The notes under the pieces are model-generated. The model searched no databases and was not told the DNA's origin. It was given only the letters and a program-made list of their open reading frames with translations. DNA of 64,000 nt from Clostridia bacterium (GTDB lineage Bacteria > Bacillota > Clostridia > Christensenellales > UBA1242), in assembly GCA_045655005.1 (NCBI GenBank), contig JAZOOJ010000019.1, positions 5,416-69,415 on the forward strand, in the 5' to 3' direction. The translations under genes were made by a program, and so were the position numbers. Positions 1 through 8,874 of this stretch are shown piece after piece. Each line of letters starts with the position of its first letter. Positions within the stretch are counted from its first letter, which is position 1.

Positions 1-573
1 ATTGAGGAAATTGATCTGGTAAGTGGGAGTTTAATTGTCAATATTGGTGATGCGGTCGCAAAAGGAGATGTGTTAATAACTTCTGGAAAAGTTGGAGATG
101 TTTTTATGGAGGCCCATGGAAGTATTATAGCAAGGGTTCAAATTGAAGGTGATGCGGTTGGATGTTTGGAGCAAGTTAGCGAGATAAGGACTGGGAACTG
201 TACAGAAGTTGTGTATTTGGAAGCGTTTGGCAAAAGATTTTATTCAAGTGACGTGACTGAAAATGTGGCAGAGAATTTATATGGAAAATATCAGGTTGAA
301 AAAGAAGAAGTGGTTTTAACACAAAATAATTTGCTACCAATTAAAAAAATTGTGTTAAGATATTATGAAATTGAAGAAAAATGTGTTACAATAGATTATG
401 GACAATTGATTGAGCAACTTTCTGCAAGTGCATATAACATAGCAAAAAGCCGTTTGCCACAAGGTTCTGATGAATTGGCTGTAAGTTATAATACCATTCA
501 AGAAGGCTCATTACATAAAGTTGTTTGCTCAATTGAAACAAGGGTCGATATAGCAAAACGTGCAGATAATTAA
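1..573 (+). CDS. yqfD: C-terminal part of a YqfD-like sporulation protein (5' end lies outside the window)
   Basis: Frame 1 is open from nt 1 (IEEIDLVSGSLIVNIGDAVAKGDVLITSGK...) to TAA at 571-573. The GD.V.KGDVL.SG ... RTG pattern and the position just upstream of ybeY-era-recO fit the Bacillus yqfD...ybeY-era neighbourhood. Family call is from memory. Confidence 0.5.
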   Translation: MEEIDLVSGSLIVNIGDAVAKGDVLITSGKVGDVFMEAHGSIIARVQIEGDAVGCLEQVSEIRTGNCTEVVYLEAFGKRFYSSDVTENVAENLYGKYQVEKEEVVLTQNNLLPIKKIVLRYYEIEEKCVTIDYGQLIEQLSASAYNIAKSRLPQGSDELAVSYNTIQEGSLHKVVCSIETRVDIAKRADN

Positions 574-591
574 AAAAGGAGTACAAAAGTT

Positions 592-1089
592 ATGATAGTA
601 AACTTTTTAAATAAAACAGAAGTTCCAAAAACCACTCGTGATGAAATGGTAAGAGTTATGGAAAAGGCTTTGCAAGTATTAAAACAAACAGCATTATTGG
701 AAATTAATGTTGGCTTTGTATCCGCTGATGAAATCCGTGCGGTAAACCTTGAGCAACGTGATAAAGATGTTCCGACCGATGTTTTATCATTTCCCGCGTC
801 CGACGTAAAGGTTGGTGAAGTAATTGATGTAACCAAAGATGAGTATAAATATAACATTAATCCTGAAAATGAGGCATTTTCTCTTGGCGATATGATAATT
901 TGCTTGGAAGTGGCAAAGGCTCAGGCAAAATCTTTTGGACATAGTCTAAAAGATGAACTTGTAAGGCTTTCATTACATAGTTTGTTGCATTGCTTGGGGT
1001 ATGACCATATAGAAGATGCAGATTTTGAAATAATGCACAAGTTGGAAATTGGTGTCGCTAAACTTTGTGGATATGAATTTGAAGAATAA
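592..1089 (+). CDS. ybeY: rRNA maturation endoribonuclease YbeY
   Basis: 165 aa with the zinc motif HSLLHCLGYDH (H..LH..GYDH). AGGAG lies upstream of the ATG. It sits immediately upstream of era. Confidence 0.9.
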   Translation: MIVNFLNKTEVPKTTRDEMVRVMEKALQVLKQTALLEINVGFVSADEIRAVNLEQRDKDVPTDVLSFPASDVKVGEVIDVTKDEYKYNINPENEAFSLGDMIICLEVAKAQAKSFGHSLKDELVRLSLHSLLHCLGYDHIEDADFEIMHKLEIGVAKLCGYEFEE

Positions 1090-1101
1090 AGGGGAAAACA
1101 T

Positions 1102-2001
1102 ATGAAGAATGAAGATAAAAAGACGGGTTTTGTTGCGGTTGTAGGAAGACCAAATGTCGGCAAAAGTACATTAGTTAACACTATGGTTGGAAGTAAGGTT
1201 AGTATTACAGGTCCAAAACCACAAACAACAAGAAATAAAATTATTGGCATTAAAACAGGTGAAGATTATCAAATTGTATTTGTTGATACACCTGGGGCAA
1301 TAAACCCAAGAAATGAACTTGGAAATTATATGAAAAAAAGCATTGATACAGCCGTTGAAGGTATCGATTTGCTTTTAATAGTGTTAGATAGTTCAAAAAT
1401 CACCGATAAAGACTTTAAACTTATTGAAAAATATAAAAATATAAAAGTTCCTATTTTTGTTTGTTTAAATAAAACTGATATTTCTAAGTTTGACGAAGTG
1501 TATCCAAAACTAGAGAAGTTAAATGAACTTAAATATATTACCGAGTTTGTGAGCCTTTCAGCTAAAACTGGAAAAGATGTTGATAAATTAATCGAAAAAA
1601 TTGTTGAATATTTACCAAAAGGCTACTATATGTATGACGGTGACCAAATAACGGATAGGTCGGTAAGGTTTTTGGCAAGCGAAATAGTTCGTGAAAAAGC
1701 ATTACTGTTCTTGCAAGAAGAAATACCACACGGAATTGCTGTTGATATACCAAAGTTTGATGAAAAGAAGAAAATAGTACACATAGAAGCCGAAATTATT
1801 GCAATTAAACAAAACCATAAGCCTATTATTATCGGTAAAGACGGCGAAATGCTTAAACGTATTGGAAGTTCTGCAAGGGTTGAAATTGAGCAAATGCTTG
1901 GCAAAAAGGTTAATTTACAACTGTTTGTTAAGGTAAGAGAAAATTGGCAAGATAATTTATCAACTTTACGTGAATTTGGTTACGACAAAAAGGGCATATA
2001 A
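1102..2001 (+). CDS. era: GTPase Era
   Basis: G1 motif GRPNVGKST, G3 motif DTPG, G4 motif NKTD, and a C-terminal KH-like region. ybeY-era synteny. Confidence 0.95.
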   Translation: MKNEDKKTGFVAVVGRPNVGKSTLVNTMVGSKVSITGPKPQTTRNKIIGIKTGEDYQIVFVDTPGAINPRNELGNYMKKSIDTAVEGIDLLLIVLDSSKITDKDFKLIEKYKNIKVPIFVCLNKTDISKFDEVYPKLEKLNELKYITEFVSLSAKTGKDVDKLIEKIVEYLPKGYYMYDGDQITDRSVRFLASEIVREKALLFLQEEIPHGIAVDIPKFDEKKKIVHIEAEIIAIKQNHKPIIIGKDGEMLKRIGSSARVEIEQMLGKKVNLQLFVKVRENWQDNLSTLREFGYDKKGI

Positions 2002-2076
2002 CAAAAGAGAAATCTGCTGTTTACATTTTAATTTTCGGGGCATACTCTAATTATAAAGAAGAAAGGGGTGCGGAAT

Positions 2077-2217
2077 ATGGAAATCAGCAAGGAAAATAAC
2101 ACAAATAAGATTACAGCAAAAGAAGTTGCGTGGGAACTATTCAAAAAATCTGGAAATATTAATTATTATAGGCTATATTCAGATTTAAAAAATGAAGAAG
2201 ATTCTCTAAATCAATAA
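2077..2217 (+). CDS. yqzL: YqzL-like small protein (46 aa, below the ORF-track cut-off)
   Basis: Hand translation gives MEISKENNTNKITAKEVAWELFKKSGNINYYRLYSDLKNEEDSLNQ*. GGGGTG lies 6-7 nt upstream. It contains the W..F..(S/T)GNI..Y motif and occupies the era/recO gap exactly as yqzL does in B. subtilis. Confidence 0.6.
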   Translation: MEISKENNTNKITAKEVAWELFKKSGNINYYRLYSDLKNEEDSLNQ

Positions 2218-2326
2218 TATTATGTGTAATATAATAAAGCTCTTACGAGGGAAGTGAAACGCTTATAAATAAAGGCTTTAAGTTCTCTCGTAAGTAGTAG
2301 TATTATGTCTGGCGAAAGAGGAAGAA

Positions 2327-3037
2327 ATGGACAGAGAAATAAAAGAAAATGCCATAGTTTTGAAAGTCGAAGATTCGGGTGACTATGATAGAATTTTAAC
2401 AATGCTATCTATTAATCGAGGGCTTATTAAGGCTAAAATTAAAGGAGTAAAAAAGCCTAAGGCAAAACTTTCGTTTGCAAGTTTTCCTTTTGCTTTGGGT
2501 GAGTATATATTTGTTAAAACAGGGAATAATTTTAATACCGTTATAAATTGTAATTTCATAGATAATTTCAGTGAATTAACTTATGATTTGAATAAATTTT
2601 ATGCAGGTTCAGCGATTTTAGAGATAACCAGGTTAATCGCCAAAGAAAATCAATCTTGCACTGGATTATTTGTGTCGCTTCTTAAAGTCTTGCAAGACCT
2701 TACTTATACAAATAAAAATATGATTGCTCTTTTAACAAAATATGTCTTAAATTGCTTAGAATTTTGCGGGCTTGCAATAAATATTGATGTCAACCTAAGA
2801 ATGGATAAACAAGCGTATTTTGACTATGATTTAGGACTTATAACAAACGAGAGAAGTGAAGAATCAATTGTCCTAAACGAAAACGATGTCAATGGTATAA
2901 TTCTTTTATTAAGTGGTGATGAATCAATAATTGACGAAAGTGTTAAAACTTCTAAAAACCTGTTAAAACTGATAACTAATTACTTTGAAACAAAATTAGA
3001 TGAAAAATTTGAAGTATTAGAAAAGTTTTGTAAATAA
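2327..3037 (+). CDS. recO: DNA repair protein RecO
   Basis: 236 aa. The N-terminal OB-fold pattern is AIVLKVEDSGDYDRILTMLS..G.I.AKIKGVKKPKAKL. Conserved era-(yqzL)-recO synteny. Confidence 0.8.
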   Translation: MDREIKENAIVLKVEDSGDYDRILTMLSINRGLIKAKIKGVKKPKAKLSFASFPFALGEYIFVKTGNNFNTVINCNFIDNFSELTYDLNKFYAGSAILEITRLIAKENQSCTGLFVSLLKVLQDLTYTNKNMIALLTKYVLNCLEFCGLAINIDVNLRMDKQAYFDYDLGLITNERSEESIVLNENDVNGIILLLSGDESIIDESVKTSKNLLKLITNYFETKLDEKFEVLEKFCK

Positions 3038-3040
3038 AAA

Positions 3041-3072
3041 AATGAGTCTTGTTTTTACAAGGCTCATTTTTG
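3041..3072. terminator. Bidirectional rho-independent terminator between recO (+) and the BRO-N gene (-)
   Basis: Hairpin aatgagtcttg / caaggctcatt with one G-U pair, flanked by an A-run on one side and a T-run on the other. Confidence 0.7.
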
Positions 3073-3106
3073 ATTTAAGTTGTATATTTTTTATGCTTAG
3101 CTTTAG

Positions 3107-3943
3107 TTAGTTCTCATCGATTTTAGTTCTTAATAATTTTTTATTATTTGCATTAAGCGGGCTAATCACTGAATGTCCCAAGTTGGATTCAATATCTGTT
3201 CTTGTGTTTTTGGCTATTTGCCCGCCCGTTTGTGCGACTTTTTTATTTTCGCTAAATGTTTGTGGCTTTTGTTGCTTGCTAATGGCGGTAGTTGTAACTT
3301 CTGCAAGCATATTAAGGACTAATTCAATGTCCGTCATATTATCACGCAAGTTTTCTTTTTTTAGCCCTTTGAGTTGTTTATATTCTTGGACAGAAAGTCC
3401 AGACCAAGCTTTTGTCATTTCGTTAGTAAGAATTGCATAATCTTTTTCTTGGGTTATCCCTCTGTCTTGCCATTCAGCGGTAAGCTCTTTGCGGGTTTTA
3501 ATAGTCATCATTCTTTGAGTTATCCATTCTTCTGGATAACCTTTTTCTCTGTAAGTTTCAATGGCTCTATCAATTGCTTTTTGAGGGTCAGCAATTTCGT
3601 CCAATCTTTCGCTTCCAACCTGTGCCAACCACACTTTAAAAGGTTCTGCTTTTTTACTTGGGATAGATTGTACAAGTCTTAAAATGCCTTTTGTGTTAAG
3701 GGCGTCTGTTTCTCTTAATTTGCCGTCTTGTGCGGGTAATTTCAACTGGTAACAATTTGATACCAGTTCACTTCCTTCTTTTTTTAATCTGCCTTTTAAC
3801 ACCTTCCAGTATTTACGAGCATCTTCATAATCTTTATCGGTTAAAATACCAACTACATCTACAACAGAAAAGTTCCAATCTTCTTTTTCACTATTCCATT
3901 GTGTACGAACTGTTCTATCTTCAAAAATTTTAATGTTTGACAT
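3107..3943 (-). CDS. BRO-N domain DNA-binding protein (antirepressor-like family)
   Basis: 278 aa. The N-terminus KIFEDRTVRTQWNSEKEDWNFSVVDVVGILTD and the later LRLVQSIPSKKAEPFKVWLAQVGSERLDEI match the widespread BRO-N family as I remember it. It has its own AGGAG RBS and an extended -10 element. Confidence 0.7.
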   Translation of the reverse strand: MSNIKIFEDRTVRTQWNSEKEDWNFSVVDVVGILTDKDYEDARKYWKVLKGRLKKEGSELVSNCYQLKLPAQDGKLRETDALNTKGILRLVQSIPSKKAEPFKVWLAQVGSERLDEIADPQKAIDRAIETYREKGYPEEWITQRMMTIKTRKELTAEWQDRGITQEKDYAILTNEMTKAWSGLSVQEYKQLKGLKKENLRDNMTDIELVLNMLAEVTTTAISKQQKPQTFSENKKVAQTGGQIAKNTRTDIESNLGHSVISPLNANNKKLLRTKIDEN

Positions 3944-4034
3944 TTATTTTCTCCTAACGCAATTATTATATCATATGGGGGTTGTAATTGCATTGAATTT
4001 TAAAAAATTTCTCTAAAAATTTCAGAAATATATC

Positions 4035-4064
4035 TTGCACAAGAGTTTGTATCTGTGATATAAT
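4035..4064 (+). promoter_or_regulatory. sigma-A type promoter of ppdK
   Basis: TTGCAC (4035-4040), 18 nt spacer, TGaTATAAT with the -10 hexamer at 4059-4064. Confidence 0.6.
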
Positions 4065-4105
4065 GACTTCGGTCGAATAAAAACAAAAATTTATAGGAGA
4101 TTTTT

Positions 4106-6748
4106 ATGGCAAAGAAATACGTTTACTTATTTAGTGAAGGTAATGCTACTATGAGAGAACTTCTTGGTGGAAAGGGTGCAAACCTTGCCGAAATGACCAA
4201 AATCGGTCTTCCAGTTCCTCAGGGCTTTACCATCTCAACAGAAGCCTGCACTCAATACTACGAAGATGGCAGACAAATTAACGACTCAATCAGAAACGAA
4301 ATTATGGAAAACATCGAAAAGATGGAAACTATCACTGGCAGAAAGTTCGGTGATAAGGAAAATCCTCTTCTTGTTTCAGTTCGTTCAGGTGCAAGAGCAT
4401 CTATGCCTGGTATGATGGATACTATTCTTAACCTAGGTTTAAACGAAGAAGTTGTTGAAACTCTTTCTAAGAAGAGTGGAAACCCAAGATGGGCTTATGA
4501 CTGCTACAGAAGATTTATTCAAATGTTCTCAGACGTAGTTATGGAAGTTGGTAAGAAATATTTTGAAAAACTTATCGACAAAATGAAAGAGGAAAAGGGA
4601 GTTACAAGCGACATTGACCTTGACGCTGAAGACCTTAAGACTCTTGCTAATCAATTTAAGGCTGAATATAAAAACCAATTAGGAAAAGACTTCCCAACCG
4701 ACCCAAAGGAACAACTTTTCGAGGCTATCAAGGCTGTATTCAGATCTTGGGACAATCCAAGAGCAAACATCTATCGTATGGACCACGACATTCCTTATTC
4801 TTGGGGAACTGCTGTTAACGTTCAAATGATGGCATTTGGAAACATGGGCGAAACAAGTGGTACTGGTGTTGCGTTTACACGTAATCCTGCTACTGGTGAA
4901 AAAGGTCTTATGGGTGAATTCCTAATGAACGCACAAGGTGAAGACGTTGTTGCTGGTGTTAGAACTCCAATGCCAATCGCTAAGATGGCAGAAGTTATGC
5001 CAGAGGTTTATGAGCAATTCCTTGATATCTGCGAAACTCTTGAAAATCACTATCGTGATATGCAAGATATGGAATTTACTATTGAAGACAAGAAGCTTTA
5101 TATGCTTCAAACCAGAAATGGTAAAAGAACAGCCGCTGCGGCTATTAAAATCGCTTGCGATTTAATCGATGAAGGAATGATTTCAGAGAAAGAAGCACTA
5201 ATGCAAATTGATGCTAAAACTCTTGATATGTTACTTCACCCAACATTTGATAGTGCTGCACTTAAAGATGCAGACAAGAACAATGTAATCGGTAAGGGTA
5301 TTGCTGCTTCTCCTGGTGCTGCTGCTGGTACAATCGTATTTACAGCAGAAGATGCAGTTGAAGAAGGCAAGAAAGGAAACAAGGTTATTCTTGTTAGACT
5401 TGAAACAAGTCCAGAAGATATCGAAGGTATGAAGTATGCACAAGGTATCTTAACAGTTCGTGGTGGTCAAACATCTCACGCTGCCGTTGTTGCTCGTGGA
5501 ATGGGAACTTGCTGTGTTTCTGGTTGTGGCGAAATCAAGATGGACGAAGAAAACAAGAAGTTCACTCTTGCTGGCAAAACTTTCAAGGAAGGAGATTCTC
5601 TTTCTCTTGACGGATCAACCGGTACAATCTATGACTGTATGATTAAAACAGTTCCAGCAGACCCTAACAGTGGTTACTTTGGAAGAATTATGAAGCTTGC
5701 TGACAAGTACAGAAAGCTTGGCGTAAGAACAAACGCTGACTCTCCATCAGATGCTCAAAGAGCAGTTGAACTTGGTGCTGAGGGTATTGGACTTTGCCGT
5801 ACAGAGCATATGTTCTTTGATCCATCAAGAATTGGTGCGTTCAGAGAAATGATTTGTTCAGATACAGTTGAACAAAGAGAAGCTGCTCTTGCTAAGATTG
5901 AACCAATGCAACAAGAAGACTTCGAAGGACTTATGGAAGCTCTTCATGGTATGCCTTGCACAATCCGTTTCTTGGATCCACCTCTACATGAGTTCGTTCC
6001 AACAAGCGAAGAAGATATTGCTACCCTTGCTAAAACTCAAGGCAAGACAGTTGCTGATATCAAGCAATTAATTAACGACTTACATGAATTCAACCCAATG
6101 ATGGGTCACCGTGGTTGCCGTCTAACAGTTACATACCCTGAAATTGCTGTTATGCAAACAAAGGCTGTAATTAAGGCTGCCATAAACGTTCAAAAACGTC
6201 ATCCAGAATGGAAAGTTAACCCAGAAATTATGATTCCACTTATCGGCGAAATTAAAGAATACAAGTTCGTTAAGGACGTTGTTGTTAAAACTGCTGATGA
6301 AGTTATCAAGGCTTCTGGAGTTGAACTTCACTATGAAGTTGGTACCATGATTGAAATCCCAAGAGCAGCTTTAACTGCTGATGAGATTGCAAAAGAAGCT
6401 GATTTCTTCTGCTTCGGTACAAACGACTTAACTCAAATGACATTTGGATTTAGCCGTGATGATGCTGGTAAATTCTTGCCATCATATTACGCTAATAAGA
6501 TTTACGAATCTGACCCATTTGCTCGTCTTGACACAGTTGGTGTTGGTAAGCTTATGGATATGGCTGTTACACTTGGAAAGGGTGCAAATAAGACATTACA
6601 CGCTGGTATTTGCGGAGAACACGGTGGAGACCCATCTTCAATCGAGTTCTGCCACAAGATTGGCTTAGATTATGTTTCTTGTTCTCCATTCAGAGTGCCT
6701 ATCGCTCGTCTTGCTGCTGCACAATCTGCAATCAAGGCTGAGAAGTAA
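4106..6748 (+). CDS. ppdK: Pyruvate, phosphate dikinase
   Basis: 880 aa. Phosphohistidine motif GGQTSHAAVVARGMG, PEP-utiliser motifs LCRTEHMFF and GICGEHGGDP, and an N-terminal ATP-grasp region. Confidence 0.97.
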   Translation: MAKKYVYLFSEGNATMRELLGGKGANLAEMTKIGLPVPQGFTISTEACTQYYEDGRQINDSIRNEIMENIEKMETITGRKFGDKENPLLVSVRSGARASMPGMMDTILNLGLNEEVVETLSKKSGNPRWAYDCYRRFIQMFSDVVMEVGKKYFEKLIDKMKEEKGVTSDIDLDAEDLKTLANQFKAEYKNQLGKDFPTDPKEQLFEAIKAVFRSWDNPRANIYRMDHDIPYSWGTAVNVQMMAFGNMGETSGTGVAFTRNPATGEKGLMGEFLMNAQGEDVVAGVRTPMPIAKMAEVMPEVYEQFLDICETLENHYRDMQDMEFTIEDKKLYMLQTRNGKRTAAAAIKIACDLIDEGMISEKEALMQIDAKTLDMLLHPTFDSAALKDADKNNVIGKGIAASPGAAAGTIVFTAEDAVEEGKKGNKVILVRLETSPEDIEGMKYAQGILTVRGGQTSHAAVVARGMGTCCVSGCGEIKMDEENKKFTLAGKTFKEGDSLSLDGSTGTIYDCMIKTVPADPNSGYFGRIMKLADKYRKLGVRTNADSPSDAQRAVELGAEGIGLCRTEHMFFDPSRIGAFREMICSDTVEQREAALAKIEPMQQEDFEGLMEALHGMPCTIRFLDPPLHEFVPTSEEDIATLAKTQGKTVADIKQLINDLHEFNPMMGHRGCRLTVTYPEIAVMQTKAVIKAAINVQKRHPEWKVNPEIMIPLIGEIKEYKFVKDVVVKTADEVIKASGVELHYEVGTMIEIPRAALTADEIAKEADFFCFGTNDLTQMTFGFSRDDAGKFLPSYYANKIYESDPFARLDTVGVGKLMDMAVTLGKGANKTLHAGICGEHGGDPSSIEFCHKIGLDYVSCSPFRVPIARLAAAQSAIKAEK

Positions 6749-6813
6749 GCATACATAAAAATAAGGAGTTTGTTAATGCAAGATTAAGCTTTAATTTTAA
6801 TTAACAAAATAAA

Positions 6814-6856
6814 AAGAACCTATATAACCATAAAAATGGTTATATGGGTTCTTTTA
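6814..6856 (+). terminator. rho-independent terminator of ppdK
   Basis: Long hairpin agaacctatataacca / tggttatatgggttct followed by TTTT. Confidence 0.8.
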
Positions 6857-6875
6857 GTTTTGTGACAAATTTAAC

Positions 6876-6903
6876 TTGACAATCATTTAGGGTAGAATAT
6901 AAA
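6876..6903 (+). promoter_or_regulatory. sigma-A type promoter placed directly in front of the radical SAM gene
   Basis: TTGACA (6876-6881), 16 nt spacer, TATAAA (6898-6903). The ATG is at 6912 and no SD is visible. Confidence 0.5.
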
Positions 6904-6911
6904 ATACTGTT

Positions 6912-7826
6912 ATGAAAAAATGTTATTTATGCCCAAGAAATTGTGGGGTGGACAGAGAGAGTCAAAAAGGTGTATGCGGTACGGGGGATAAGTTGATTAT
7001 CTCCTATTCTATGATGCACCATTTTGAAGAACCAATCATAAGTGGTGAGCCGTGTGATGAAAGGGGCAGTGGAACAATCTTTTTTGGTGGATGCAATATG
7101 AAATGTGTATATTGCCAAAATTATGACCTATCTCATCACGCAAAAGGTGAGGAAGTGTCGGTATTACGTCTGGCATACCTTATGGAATTTCTTGAAAAAC
7201 AAGGGGCTTACAATATAAATTTGGTTACACCAACTCATTTTGCTGATAAGATAATTGACGCATTGAAAATTTATAAACCAAATATTCCAATTGTATGGAA
7301 TACCAGTGGTTATGAAAAGCCTGAGGTTATTGAAAGATTAAAAGGTTATGTAGATATATTTTTAACAGATTTAAAGTATTATGACGCCGAGTTGTCTAAT
7401 AAACTATCTAAAGCTCCAAATTATTTCGATTGTGCAAGTCAAAGCATTTTAAAAATGAGAGAAGTTGTGGGTGAAGACATAATTGAAAATGGTATGATGA
7501 AAAAAGGGATAATTGTTCGTCATCTTGTTTTGCCAAATTATAGTGCAGACAGCATTAAAATTTTAGAGTGGGTAGCAGAGAATTTGGGCAAAAATACTAT
7601 TTTAAGCATAATGAACCAATATTTGCCGTTTTATAATGCTAAAGATATGCCAGAAATGAATAGGAAAGTTTCTGCTATTGAGTATAAGCGAGTAGTACAA
7701 AAAGCACTAACTTTAGAGTTTGATAGGGCATATATTCAAGACAACTCAAGTGCTGATGAAACTTTTGTTCCGCCGTTTTCTGACACAAGCAAAAATTTAT
7801 TAAACAAAGTAAAAGATGTCAATTAA
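6912..7826 (+). CDS. Radical SAM enzyme, PflX-like (putative activase family)
   Basis: 304 aa. CxxxCxxC cluster motif CNMKCVYCQN, and an N-terminal CYLCPRNCGVDR....GVCG typical of this subfamily as I recall it. Confidence 0.65.
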   Translation: MKKCYLCPRNCGVDRESQKGVCGTGDKLIISYSMMHHFEEPIISGEPCDERGSGTIFFGGCNMKCVYCQNYDLSHHAKGEEVSVLRLAYLMEFLEKQGAYNINLVTPTHFADKIIDALKIYKPNIPIVWNTSGYEKPEVIERLKGYVDIFLTDLKYYDAELSNKLSKAPNYFDCASQSILKMREVVGEDIIENGMMKKGIIVRHLVLPNYSADSIKILEWVAENLGKNTILSIMNQYLPFYNAKDMPEMNRKVSAIEYKRVVQKALTLEFDRAYIQDNSSADETFVPPFSDTSKNLLNKVKDVN

Positions 7827-7847
7827 ATTTGACATCTTTTTATTGTT

Positions 7848-8132
7848 TTATTTTTCGGTTATTTCAAAATATGTTTCACCATCTTTTATTAAAAGTTCGC
7901 TTCTTGCTAGTTCTTCTAAGTAAATCAATGATGAGCGTTTTTCAATGCCGTCTTCAAGATTTGAGCGTTTTTCTTGTAATGCATTAATTTCGGTTTGCAA
8001 TTCAACAACTTGTTTGTCATATTTGGTGTACAAAATTCTTTGATAAGTAATAACTCCAACAAGGACAACTAAAAACGCTGTTGCAAGAACAGTTATGGCT
8101 TTAATGAGATTGTTTAATTTTTTTTGCTCCAT
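7848..8132 (-). CDS. divIC: Septum formation initiator (DivIC/FtsB family)
   Basis: 94 aa with one N-terminal TM segment, a coiled coil (VVELQTEINALQEKRSNLEDGI) and YLEELARSELLIKDGE. It lies downstream of yabP-yabQ, as in Bacillus. Confidence 0.6.
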   Translation of the reverse strand: MEQKKLNNLIKAITVLATAFLVVLVGVITYQRILYTKYDKQVVELQTEINALQEKRSNLEDGIEKRSSLIYLEELARSELLIKDGETYFEITEK

Positions 8133-8478
8133 ATTGTTTTCTCCTTGTTTTTAGTTTGTTTTTGATGCAATTCATTGTTAATCTAATCTTATTATAGATA
8201 AATTTAGTCAAAAAATCAACTAAATTTCCTATTGATACAATTTCAATTAAAAAACCAAAAGCAAAAGCACAAATTATATATAATCTGACAACTCCATTGT
8301 TGTATTTAATAAGTTGGTAGGTGAAAAGAAATCCAAGTATAATCATTGATATTATGTCAGATATAATATGTGCGCTTTTACTAGAATTTAAAAGAGTTAC
8401 AGGTATTTTGAGCAGGGTGTAAACTATACCTGAAATAAGACCAAAAAAAAGAGAAATGTACAATATTTGCATCAGCAC
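8101..8478 (-). CDS. yabQ: Spore cortex biosynthesis protein YabQ-like membrane protein
   Basis: 125 aa multi-TM protein immediately downstream of yabP. The call rests mainly on synteny. Confidence 0.55.
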   Translation of the reverse strand: MLMQILYISLFFGLISGIVYTLLKIPVTLLNSSKSAHIISDIISMIILGFLFTYQLIKYNNGVVRLYIICAFAFGFLIEIVSIGNLVDFLTKFIYNKIRLTMNCIKNKLKTRRKQYGAKKIKQSH

Positions 8479-8484
8479 GCAACC

Positions 8485-8751
8485 TTATTTTATTATTTTG
8501 GAAAGAAGACCTTTTTTTGCTTTGGCGTATTCAATTTTTGCAATTTCGCCTTCTGCCTCTAGGATTTTTTCGGCGATTAGTAAACTTTTAACTCTTAGTC
8601 CACTACCGGTAATATTTAGCGGACCACATTCAGTTTTTGCAATGATTTCTGTCGTTGTTGCACTCACGACTTCGGTTACTCCGGTGATTTTTAAACTTCT
8701 TCTTGCATTTAATTCAAGTTTATGTTCAATATTTTTAATATTTTCTGCCAT
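8485..8751 (-). CDS. yabP: Sporulation protein YabP
   Basis: 88 aa. HKLELNARRSLKITGVTEVVSATTTEIIAKTECGPLNITGSGLRVKSL matches the YabP pattern H.L.L.NR..L.ITGV..V.SF. Confidence 0.75.
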   Translation of the reverse strand: MAENIKNIEHKLELNARRSLKITGVTEVVSATTTEIIAKTECGPLNITGSGLRVKSLLIAEKILEAEGEIAKIEYAKAKKGLLSKIIK

Positions 8752-8874
8752 TTAGTTCCCTCCATAGTAATAATTATGAAGGTCTTACTTCAAATATGTT
8801 TTCCACAAAAATATTCAAATTATTTTATTATTTTTCTTTGGTTATTTTTTGATTTGTTTTAAATTATTGGCATT

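Noticed and set aside
3041-4100. Prophage or IS remnant around the BRO-N gene
   Set aside because: I found no integrase, transposase, terminal inverted repeats or flanking direct repeats by eye. Only a single gene is present.
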